Source: an uncultured archaeon (GTDB taxonomy: Archaea; Asgardarchaeota; Jordiarchaeia; Jordiarchaeales; Jordiarchaeaceae). Taken from it: a DNA stretch of 24,531 nt. A model generated the notes under the pieces. It was not told the DNA's origin. It saw nothing but the letters and a program-made list of their open reading frames with translations, and made no database searches. Position numbers and translations under genes: made by a program. Where the stretch lies: assembly GCA_964510585.1 (NCBI GenBank), contig CAZECW010000162.1, positions 1-24,531 on the forward strand, given 5' to 3'. Positions 16,749-24,531 of the stretch are shown here, one piece after another (position 1 is the first letter of the stretch; every line of letters starts with the position of its first letter).

Positions 16749-18155
16749 TTATTCTTGTGGTTCTCTGCTCTGCTGGTACATGTATAGTTTTGAGAGAGCT
16801 TTCGCCGCTTCATATATTGATTGGTAGACTGGTAGATTCATGCTTTGAAATTTGCTTCTGATTTTTGCTTCGAATTCCGGGTAGATGCTTTTTGTTACCA
16901 CTATCATGGTGGGTTTACCCTGCTCACTCATTATTTTTTTACAGGTTTCGCCCAAAATGGATGTAAACTTTTCCACCACGCTAGGGTCCCGCGCAGTATA
17001 CACTTTGAATCCTCCAGGCTGAACCTCTACGATTAGTGAATGTATGTTTGTGTCTCGGGAGACAATGTTTAAGGCTTCCGGAAGTATGCCTGACTGAAAA
17101 GCCATCCAGGCATCCAGAGGGTTTCTTATACTTGAACCCGCTACAGGAATAATTTTTCTAAGCTCTGCTTGGGTTTCCTCAGAAAATCTGGGAACCCTTA
17201 AACCCTCCTTGACACACAAATCTGAGTGAACCACCGCAGAACCACCCGAAGTGGTAACTATGCTCACCCCCCTACCCTTTGGTGGAAAGGCGTAGAGAAA
17301 ACCCATAATGAAATCAGCCATATCCTCAAAAGTCTCAACACTCACAGCTCCAACCTGTTTTATGAGACCCTCCCAAATCTTGGCTGAGCCCGCCAGAACA
17401 CCAGTGTGAGAGGCTGCAGCCCGAGCCCCATCCTCTGTTTGTCCACCCTTAAGAATCACCAAAGGCTTTTTCTCCGAAGCGTTTCTCAACGTTTCAAGCA
17501 GCCCCCCAGTTTTTCTTAAACCCTCAACGTAAGCCCCAATGATACTGGTTTTGGGATCCCCAGCCAGATAATCCACAAGCTCCACAAAGTCCACATCCAA
17601 GGCATTACCATAACTCACAACCTTACTAAAACGGAACCCCCGCCACAATCCCTCAAAAACAAAGTTCACAGCCTGACCCCCACTCTGAGAAATAAAAGCC
17701 ACCGGGCCCGACTCGGAGGGCAGGTCGTGTGAGAAGAACAAGCCGGACTCCGGACAGTAAACCCCCATACAATTCGGGCCAATAATCCTAATCCCATACT
17801 TCCTAGCAATTTTTAAAACCTCCTCCTCAAGCAGCCGCCCCTCCTCAAGTCCCGTTTCACTGAAACCCGAAGAATAAATGTGAACCACCCTAACACCCTT
17901 CCTCCCACACTCCTCCAAGGCTTCGGGCACAACCCTTGCCGGAACCGCAAAAATAGCATAATCCACAGGCTCAGGAACATCCAAAATGCTAGGATAACAC
18001 TTCAAACCCGAAACCTCACCAGCCCGGGGATTAATCAGGAAAAATTTTTCTCTCAACTTTGAAGCAGAAATGGGATCTATGTAGAAACCAACATCCTTGG
18101 AAGCACCTATGAGGGCAACAGACCTGGGATAAAAAACTACATCAAGGCTTACCAA
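16749..18155 (-). CDS. ADP-forming acyl-CoA synthetase alpha-subunit-like CoA-binding protein
   Basis: PRSVALIGAS, GFSETG, IIGPNCMG, FISQSG, VSYGN, ASHTG (phospho-His), TTSGG, RNPLD. TTG at 18155 follows GGAGGT (track start 18182). Confidence 0.85.
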   Translation of the reverse strand: MVSLDVVFYPRSVALIGASKDVGFYIDPISASKLREKFFLINPRAGEVSGLKCYPSILDVPEPVDYAIFAVPARVVPEALEECGRKGVRVVHIYSSGFSETGLEEGRLLEEEVLKIARKYGIRIIGPNCMGVYCPESGLFFSHDLPSESGPVAFISQSGGQAVNFVFEGLWRGFRFSKVVSYGNALDVDFVELVDYLAGDPKTSIIGAYVEGLRKTGGLLETLRNASEKKPLVILKGGQTEDGARAAASHTGVLAGSAKIWEGLIKQVGAVSVETFEDMADFIMGFLYAFPPKGRGVSIVTTSGGSAVVHSDLCVKEGLRVPRFSEETQAELRKIIPVAGSSIRNPLDAWMAFQSGILPEALNIVSRDTNIHSLIVEVQPGGFKVYTARDPSVVEKFTSILGETCKKIMSEQGKPTMIVVTKSIYPEFEAKIRSKFQSMNLPVYQSIYEAAKALSKLYMYQQSREPQE

Positions 18156-18589
18156 AACCGTCAACCTCCACCAATTCAACACCTCTTTTTAACGATTTTT
18201 AGCAACCATACTTTAGGACTTCTCTGGCATCTCATATCGCATGCTATTTACAGTTGAAAAACTTGGACGATATTATAAAAAATATGGCAAAGACATAAAA
18301 AGCCTTTGGCACGAAAGAAGATGAGCGTTAAAATTTAAGGGGGTTCCCACATTAAACCTCATAAGCCAGAACGAGAGGGCGGAGGGTGCTCTAGAAGATT
18401 ACCGACTCCTAAGTAAATGAATGGATAGAAAATTTGATAATTTAGGTAAGAATTACAATTAAACATGGGATACTTTTGACGTACTAGAATCTCATGCTCT
18501 TTAGATGAAGCCATTTCTAGTTCGCTTACTCTGCCCATAAACGATAAAAAAGATAGGACTCTATCTGAAAAAATTTGAGAAAGGATGAT

Positions 18590-19897
18590 TTACCTCTCTA
18601 TCTCTAATTTGTAGCTCTTCTCTCCCATAGCTTGTAGCACAAGCTCCGTTAAATCGTGGAGTTCGATTTTTTCTTTCTTCTCCTCGATGGTTTCGCCAAA
18701 GTTTAACTCGCAGAACGGGCAACACGTAACCAATGCTTCTGCTCCCGTGGTCTTCGCCTCCTCAATCCTCTCTGCACCAGCAAAACGGGACAGTTCTGGG
18801 TAAGCCGCTCTCACGCCTCCTCCTGCTGCACAGCAGAAGGAATACTCTCTGATTCTCACCATCTCGACAAAATCCAGACCCGGTATCTTCCTTAGAATGT
18901 TCCTTGGAGGCTCGTATACGCCTCCTACGCCATAGTTGACCTTCTTTGGTGGATCGAATAGGAGCGCCTGCCCAAATGCTTTCACCATTTTTCCTTCCCA
19001 TGGAGTGGATGGTTCTCCAAGCCGGCCCAGATGACATGGGTCATGCCATGTTACTTTTAACGGCACTTCTTGTGTGAATTTGACCTTGCCCTCTTCCATT
19101 AGACGCGTTATGTATTCCGATATGTGTAAGACCTCAGCGTTTATTTTTCCTATCTTAGGGTACTCCACTTTGAGCATGTGGTAGCAGCCGGCACACTGGG
19201 TCACTATGGTTTTTACGTCTAAGTCGTTGAAGGTTTTGATGTTTTTTCTGGCGTATTTCTCGAATAGTCCTGTGGCCCCTATCTTGTAGGGTGTGCTTGC
19301 GCAGCAGATTTCATTCTCCCCCAGTATTCCGAAGTCTACACCAGCCAGGTCCAAGATTCTTGCCGTGTTTTTGGCATTTGAGGGAGTTCGATAAGCGGCT
19401 GTACATCCGACGTAGTATAAGACCTCAGCTTTCTCCTTTGTTAAGTCTTTAATGTCTAGTCCTTCGGCCCATTCGCTTCGTTTCTCCTTTGATTCTTTGT
19501 AGGGATTATCGTATTTTTCGACGTCACTGACCAATTCTTTGTGCCTTTTGGGAATTCTGCCATCGTTGAAGAGTTTAACTCTTAGCTCGTGCAGTATTTC
19601 CATCGAATCAATGATCCCCGTTGACATAATGTTCTTGCATGAAACACCGCAAGCACCATCCATGCTACATCTATACACAATATCTACAAATTCATCGTTA
19701 AGGTCGAATCTATTTTCTAGCAATCCCAGTGCGGCGATGATTTTACCTCCCGCTGAGTAGGCATGGAAGTTGTACTTCAAAATGCTTGGGCAGTTCTGAG
19801 CAAACCTCCAGTTTTTCACCTGCATTATGGGCACCCATTTACAAAGCGAACATCGGGAGCACCTCTCCATTTGGCTTTTATATTGCTCTAAACCCAA
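18590..19897 (-). CDS. Fe-S oxidoreductase with N-terminal ferredoxin motifs and two CCG domains (HdrD/GlcF-like)
   Basis: CSRCSLC...CP, CSMDGAC..C, YYVGC, EICCA, TQCAGC, HDPCHLGR, CCAAGGG, TCCPFC. TTG at 19897 follows GGAGGTGA (track start 19906). Confidence 0.87.
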   Translation of the reverse strand: MGLEQYKSQMERCSRCSLCKWVPIMQVKNWRFAQNCPSILKYNFHAYSAGGKIIAALGLLENRFDLNDEFVDIVYRCSMDGACGVSCKNIMSTGIIDSMEILHELRVKLFNDGRIPKRHKELVSDVEKYDNPYKESKEKRSEWAEGLDIKDLTKEKAEVLYYVGCTAAYRTPSNAKNTARILDLAGVDFGILGENEICCASTPYKIGATGLFEKYARKNIKTFNDLDVKTIVTQCAGCYHMLKVEYPKIGKINAEVLHISEYITRLMEEGKVKFTQEVPLKVTWHDPCHLGRLGEPSTPWEGKMVKAFGQALLFDPPKKVNYGVGGVYEPPRNILRKIPGLDFVEMVRIREYSFCCAAGGGVRAAYPELSRFAGAERIEEAKTTGAEALVTCCPFCELNFGETIEEKKEKIELHDLTELVLQAMGEKSYKLEIER

Positions 19898-19915
19898 ATT
19901 TTTCACCTCCGAAGG

Positions 19916-21499
19916 TCATTCTGGCTCAACATAAAAACCGCCCCCGTCAGACAGGTTTTTGGGGTCCAAAGCTTTTTTGATCCTTCTAACCCAAGTGTGG
20001 TAGTTGCACATGTGTGGACCTAGAACCTCCGATCCAAGGTCGCCGTATCTCCCTATGGGTTCCCCCAGTTTTTCTTTTACTACTGCTTCCATTTCTTCCT
20101 CAGCGTACTTTTGGACAGCCTTCAAAGATTCACTGTCAGACGGATCGTACCCTATCAACCCTTCATAATGGGCATGCCTACTTTGCTCTTCAGGGCCTCC
20201 CCAATAATTCTCTGGTCCGTCCTGCACGAAGTTTCCTGCATCAGCATATTTTTTCCTAATCTGAATTCCAATCGGTATTGCTCTCATGGCTCTGTCCAGA
20301 CTCACCAGAGATCCAAAGGAGGAGCAGAAGTCTCCCGTTAAACTAAATATGGCTGCGTTGTAGTTTTGAAACGCTAGTGCTGAGAATAAAAATTCTTTCA
20401 AGGGTCCGAGAAATGGATCCTCCTCAACGTTTTTCAACTTTCCATTGGTTTCCTCAACTATGTCCTTTAACACCATCTCCTCATATTCCAACTCCTCCGC
20501 TGAGTGTCCGGCAAGCGTAATCTCTAAGCGATGTCTTGGAAAAATCTTTTCTATCAATTCGTAGACCTGCGCCATTCCACCAATCCCCACCATAGGGGCC
20601 AAAAGTAGAGCTACAGATTCCGGTGAATTGGTCCTCCATATAAAATATCCTATCTTAGCATCACCTATCTTATGTGTCGCATCATTTACGCTATTCCAGT
20701 CCGGGAACTCAGCTATGTAGAGTTTCATATTCTCGGGAATCTCATAGCCCCAGGAAGGTATTTGACCCACGACTTTGAGCTCTGGAGGCCCTGGCCAGGG
20801 ATAGAGCTTGTATCCGATTTTGGTGCAGACCCCTAGACCCCCAGAGGGCCCAGCCTTTCCTCTAAAAACACCTCTTAAACTGGGACCCGGTCCGTCTCCA
20901 CAGAACCATCCCGCACCACTACCCAGCGCTCCAAATCGCACAATTTCTCCCGTAGGAACAACCCATTCCATCCCCAAGATGTTTCGGTTGTTGTGACTTG
21001 TAGTATAGGCGGTGGCACCTATACCCTCCCAACCGCTGCAGGACGCCAGAATTGAGTGATTTGGCCCCGCACCAATCACGTGGCATATAAGTCCCCTTTT
21101 CATCGCTTCGGCTCTCAGCTGCATTGCCGAGACATAGGGCTCCACCACTGCGTACATGTTTTTCTCATCTATCTCCAGTATCCTATTCATTCGCCGCATA
21201 TCCAATAGTACCGAATTCTTCTTAGAAACCGCGGCGAACGGAGACCATCCAGTACTCTGAGCCTTGAAATGTATTCCTAATCTGTTGCATGTTTTCACTA
21301 TAGCTTGGACTTCCTCGGTGCTTCCCGGTAAGATAACCGCGTCGGGATAATGTCTCCACTTACTAGGAGGCTGATTCCCAATCGTAATTGATGCCAGTGG
21401 ATAAAAGCTATAACCCGCCAACACCGCAGGGTTCTCTGATATATTCTCCGGCCCCACAATTGATTCCAAAGCCTGATAGGCATATCTATCTAAAGGCAA
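19916..21499 (-). CDS. FAD-binding oxidoreductase, VAO/PCMH superfamily (527 aa)
   Basis: PDAVILPGSTEEVQAIVK, STG, LDMRRMNRILEID..YAVVEP, GMEWVVPTGE, GPSLRG, LGVCTKIG, IKKALDP. Confidence 0.82.
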   Translation of the reverse strand: MPLDRYAYQALESIVGPENISENPAVLAGYSFYPLASITIGNQPPSKWRHYPDAVILPGSTEEVQAIVKTCNRLGIHFKAQSTGWSPFAAVSKKNSVLLDMRRMNRILEIDEKNMYAVVEPYVSAMQLRAEAMKRGLICHVIGAGPNHSILASCSGWEGIGATAYTTSHNNRNILGMEWVVPTGEIVRFGALGSGAGWFCGDGPGPSLRGVFRGKAGPSGGLGVCTKIGYKLYPWPGPPELKVVGQIPSWGYEIPENMKLYIAEFPDWNSVNDATHKIGDAKIGYFIWRTNSPESVALLLAPMVGIGGMAQVYELIEKIFPRHRLEITLAGHSAEELEYEEMVLKDIVEETNGKLKNVEEDPFLGPLKEFLFSALAFQNYNAAIFSLTGDFCSSFGSLVSLDRAMRAIPIGIQIRKKYADAGNFVQDGPENYWGGPEEQSRHAHYEGLIGYDPSDSESLKAVQKYAEEEMEAVVKEKLGEPIGRYGDLGSEVLGPHMCNYHTWVRRIKKALDPKNLSDGGGFYVEPE

Positions 21500-21511
21500 T
21501 TCATCACCTCA

Positions 21512-22966
21512 TCAAAAACACAATTTACCCGGATTCATTATCCAATTGGGATCAAAAATCTCCTTAACCTTCCTTAATAGAAAGGTGGTCTCCGCATCTC
21601 TATTGTATATCATTTTAGCCAACTCCCCATATGGCCTACTAAAGAATGCACCATTATTGATTAAATTCTCAGACGCCCGAATGTATAGATTCTTAATCCT
21701 GTCGCTTTCCAAAGCATTAGCTCGATCATACATTAAGTTAAACTCGCAATGGCATGCAACTCCCTGAACTACAGGCTGGATGTATATCCCCAGTTCTGGG
21801 GTGGGATAATTGAACTTTTCCGCAGTCTTAAGCATGACATCAACAAACTCCGGAATCCTATCCAAAGTGCTCAAAAAAGGTATGTCTTGGAAGCACCCCT
21901 TATATTTAAGCTTCCAGTACTGTTTAGGCAAACTCTCCAATATCTTCAAGAATTCCTTGTCCCCAACACCCGAAACCGAAGTCACCAATTCTAAACCGAA
22001 CTGCTTGGCGATATTCCTAACATCTCTCTCCTGGTACTCCACCCTTCTCTCCGGAAACCTCTCATACCCGGCTAAATTAAGAATCAAGATCCAATGTGGT
22101 AGATTATTACTTAATTCCCTAATTTCGTTGAATTCCTCCCTGACAATGTTTGCGAAACTAAAATTGTTTAACAGAAAAACTTCTTCTCCCAGACGCCGCC
22201 TGAGAATCGCGTAAACAAATTCAATCAGGTTTTCCAGATTCATGGATGGTACGAAGTATAATTTCTGAAGCTTTGGAACAAGTTCACATCTCAAAATGCC
22301 CCAAGTTACAATACCCATTGTTCCCTGAGCGCCCTGTATAATTCTAACTGGATCGAACTGACCGGGACCCATAGGGCCGCTAAATGCTCCCTCCTCTAGT
22401 TCCTCCAAACTCTCAATGAGAGACGCTTCCCCAGTCCTAAAAACGTCACCCGTCCCATAAATTACCTCCACGGAAACTAGTGGGTCAAGCATATCCCAGT
22501 GGTACCTTGGCATAAGGATTGGCTCCCTCTCCACCGCACTCATCAATGCTGATTTCGTTCTCCGAGGAAGCAAAGGCATGTAAGGTCTCAAACCATACCT
22601 TTTAAGTTCCGGTATGAGTTGCTCAAAAGTAACTCCAGCCTCCACAGCTGCAATCTTATTTCTGCGGTTAATCGTTAAGATATTATTCATCCGGCTCAAG
22701 TCCACTATTACACTGCCGCCCAGAACAGGAATCGTATCGCCATGGAATCTTGGAGGCCCCGAACTGCAAGGCACCAGCGGTATCTTATTCTCCTTGGCCA
22801 TGTCAACTATCTTCTGAACATCGTCTCTGCCCTTAGGTCTCACCACACCTATCGGTTTTCGGGCTGCAACAAAACTAAGATCCTGAGAAAACTCCTCCAA
22901 AATCTTTGGGTCATCTGAAACATTTTCTCTCCCCAAAATATGAATAAACTTTTCTAAAATCACCAT
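21512..22966 (-). CDS. FAD-binding oxidoreductase, VAO/PCMH superfamily (484 aa)
   Basis: VVRP....VQKIV, VDLSRMNNIL, VEAGVT, GTGDVFRTG, GAQGTMGIVT, KEIFDPNWIMNPGK. ATG follows GGAGGTGA. Confidence 0.85.
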   Translation of the reverse strand: MVILEKFIHILGRENVSDDPKILEEFSQDLSFVAARKPIGVVRPKGRDDVQKIVDMAKENKIPLVPCSSGPPRFHGDTIPVLGGSVIVDLSRMNNILTINRRNKIAAVEAGVTFEQLIPELKRYGLRPYMPLLPRRTKSALMSAVEREPILMPRYHWDMLDPLVSVEVIYGTGDVFRTGEASLIESLEELEEGAFSGPMGPGQFDPVRIIQGAQGTMGIVTWGILRCELVPKLQKLYFVPSMNLENLIEFVYAILRRRLGEEVFLLNNFSFANIVREEFNEIRELSNNLPHWILILNLAGYERFPERRVEYQERDVRNIAKQFGLELVTSVSGVGDKEFLKILESLPKQYWKLKYKGCFQDIPFLSTLDRIPEFVDVMLKTAEKFNYPTPELGIYIQPVVQGVACHCEFNLMYDRANALESDRIKNLYIRASENLINNGAFFSRPYGELAKMIYNRDAETTFLLRKVKEIFDPNWIMNPGKLCF

Positions 22967-23380
22967 TCACCTCCAAATTTCACAGCTATTTTAATTCACA
23001 TACCCTTCGCTTGATGATTGTAGGCTTCAGCATCACTGAACTTTTTCCAACAGAGGGTATATGTAGAAATTATTACCTGTACCAATTCCACACCTCCTTC
23101 TGATTTTCCATTCTTACCAAGTTGGTTGTATACTTTACTGTGCAAAATTCGACTATTCTCTGCCCGTATGCTTTTTAGAAAACTTTGATAATCACCGCAT
23201 TTCCTTTCATCCGATAGGTATATTTCTCCCTTATTTCAGAGAGAGTATATAAATTATGTATAACCATTTTTGATGAATAAACTCAAAATATATGAAAAAT
23301 AGTTTACAGTCCCATCCATCCTATTACAATGAGGCAAGTGGAAATGGCTTTTTCATTATCCGCCCACATTCGTAAAGACA

Positions 23381-23397
23381 AACAATAAAATTATATA
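23381..23397 (+). promoter_or_regulatory. Putative BRE/TATA promoter of the V4R regulator
   Basis: AACAATAAAA TTATATA, about 45 nt upstream of the start codon. Confidence 0.45.
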
Positions 23398-23440
23398 CAT
23401 ATTTTCAAGATTAATAACCGGGAATTTTGGAGGTGTGGAA

Positions 23441-24283
23441 TTGTCCTTCGCCAAGATTGACAAGGAAATTCTCTCGGGCCTAAGCGAAAAGCCAATGAGT
23501 ATTTATGAAATCTCCCGCAGAACCGGAAGAGCTTGGAAAACAGTTAGGGACCATCTGAGAAGGCTAAAAGAGCTGGGAAAAGTGGAGTGCATCGACCAGG
23601 GAGCGGATAGGTTGTGGCGTTTAAGTTATAGTGGACTTGGAGCCCTGGAAGAGCATCAAATAATTGGCGTGGATCTTAGAAACATTACTCTGAACAGAGT
23701 AGATGCAAAGGAGCTTTTTTACTACAACAAGGCTGAGGGTAAGTTCAGGATGCCCCTCATAGAAGAGTGGGGGATGATTTTTTCCCTGTATGTCTTTGAG
23801 GCCCTCAGATCCGTTTTGGCCAAAAGGTTTGGCCCCAAGAATGCTGAAGCCATCCTTTTTGATGTGGGAAGAGAACACGCCCTCTATGGAATAAAGAAAT
23901 TTTCAAACATGCTCGGACCAGCAAAGCGGAGCCTCGCAGAAAACCTCTTTGAACATGGAGTAAACCTCGAAGAAGCCAAAGGACTCTTCAAATCAGTATT
24001 CGAGTCACAAGGATGGTTCAAAGTGATAGACATACAAATAGGCAGAAACATTGTGATTAAGCTCAAAAACACCTTCGAGTCAATCGCTTACAGCGGTCTC
24101 TATCCCTGCAGCTTTCTCGAAGGATTTCTAGTGGGATTAATAGAAGTGCTATTCCACGAAAAAATTGTGAACCACCAAGAGTTAAGCTGCGTGTCCCAGG
24201 GAAAGGATTACTGCGAATTCCACATAGAAATGGGGAACGATATAAACAAGAAGTTCACCCCTTCCCGAAAAAAAGCAAACTAG
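23441..24283 (+). CDS. Winged-HTH + V4R-domain transcription regulator (MsvR-like architecture)
   Basis: N-terminal ILSGL..PMSIYEISRRTGRAWKTVRDHLRRL..G wHTH. C-terminal PCSFLEGFL..HQELSCVSQGKDYCEF is a V4R Cys/Glu motif. TTG at 23441 is better spaced from GGAGGT than GTG at 23435. Confidence 0.82.
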   Translation: MSFAKIDKEILSGLSEKPMSIYEISRRTGRAWKTVRDHLRRLKELGKVECIDQGADRLWRLSYSGLGALEEHQIIGVDLRNITLNRVDAKELFYYNKAEGKFRMPLIEEWGMIFSLYVFEALRSVLAKRFGPKNAEAILFDVGREHALYGIKKFSNMLGPAKRSLAENLFEHGVNLEEAKGLFKSVFESQGWFKVIDIQIGRNIVIKLKNTFESIAYSGLYPCSFLEGFLVGLIEVLFHEKIVNHQELSCVSQGKDYCEFHIEMGNDINKKFTPSRKKAN

Positions 24284-24317
24284 CTTCTCCCCCCACAGGC
24301 TACACCATCTGCATTAC

Positions 24318-24364
24318 AAAGATGGGTGCTCAGAAAGCCCCCGATTTTAATCGTGGGGATGAAT
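24318..24364 (+). mobile_element. Second IS200/IS605-type left end with no transposase gene within the window
   Basis: TTAC(24314-17), 16 nt, AAAG(24334-37), hairpin CCCCCGATTTTAATCGTGGGG, GATGAAT. Matches the - strand of 685-718 except in the stem tip and loop. Confidence 0.8.
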
Positions 24365-24531
24365 GGGCAAAGATTTAAAGGTTTTCTGGTAAATGCTGTG
24401 TTGCATAATTCTTATTTTTTTAATTTATTTATATATTATTTTGAATTTTTTGCAATTTCACATTGTTAATTTGAAAAAATTTAAGAAAATTAAATAAATT
24501 CATTAGAAAAAGTAAAATTATACAACACAGC

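Noticed and set aside
762-24072. Remaining 60-180 aa track ORFs overlapping the called genes (e.g. 5220..5735, 11608..12150, 21810..22214)
   Set aside because: They lie antisense or out of frame within well-supported CDSs and are explained by codon bias.
731-24318. The two IS left ends bracketing 23.6 kb as a composite transposon
   Set aside because: Both are left ends pointing outward. IS200/IS605 excision needs a left and right end on the same strand flanking the cargo, and the enclosed genes include housekeeping functions.
1-24531. CRISPR array, tRNA, rRNA or other structured ncRNA
   Set aside because: No regularly spaced direct repeats and no cloverleaf or rRNA signatures by eye. Small RNAs cannot be excluded without an Infernal/Rfam scan.

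Overview
Archaeal chromosomal segment. Evidence for this: GGAGGTGA/GGTGA ribosome-binding sites, BRE/TATA-type promoters, a short-form XPF/ERCC4 nuclease, QueC and a TtuA/Ncs6-type tRNA thiolase. The lineage cannot be fixed without a search. The left edge holds an IS200/IS605 element on the - strand, with the 5' part of tnpB, a tnpA broken by a 1-nt frameshift, and an IS608-like left end cut next to TTAC. The middle is mostly metabolic and housekeeping: a GH94-like glycoside enzyme, a CMD/AhpD-fold protein, two FixC-like flavoprotein + FixX-like ferredoxin cassettes, a GvpD/RAD55-like ATPase, NadE, XPF, QueC, 3-hydroxyacyl-CoA dehydrogenase, DUF488, TtuA and an ADP-forming acyl-CoA synthetase alpha subunit. 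The right part is a tight three-gene operon (two VAO/PCMH-type FAD oxidoreductases + an HdrD/GlcF-like CCG Fe-S protein) facing away from an HTH-V4R regulator. It is followed by a second, orphan IS200/IS605 left end. No CRISPR array, tRNA or rRNA was seen. Best leads: the flavoprotein-pair/CCG/V4R module, the orphan IS left end with its TTAC site and compensatory stem change, and a G-to-C skew switch inside genes. All family assignments come from motif recognition by eye, not from database searches.
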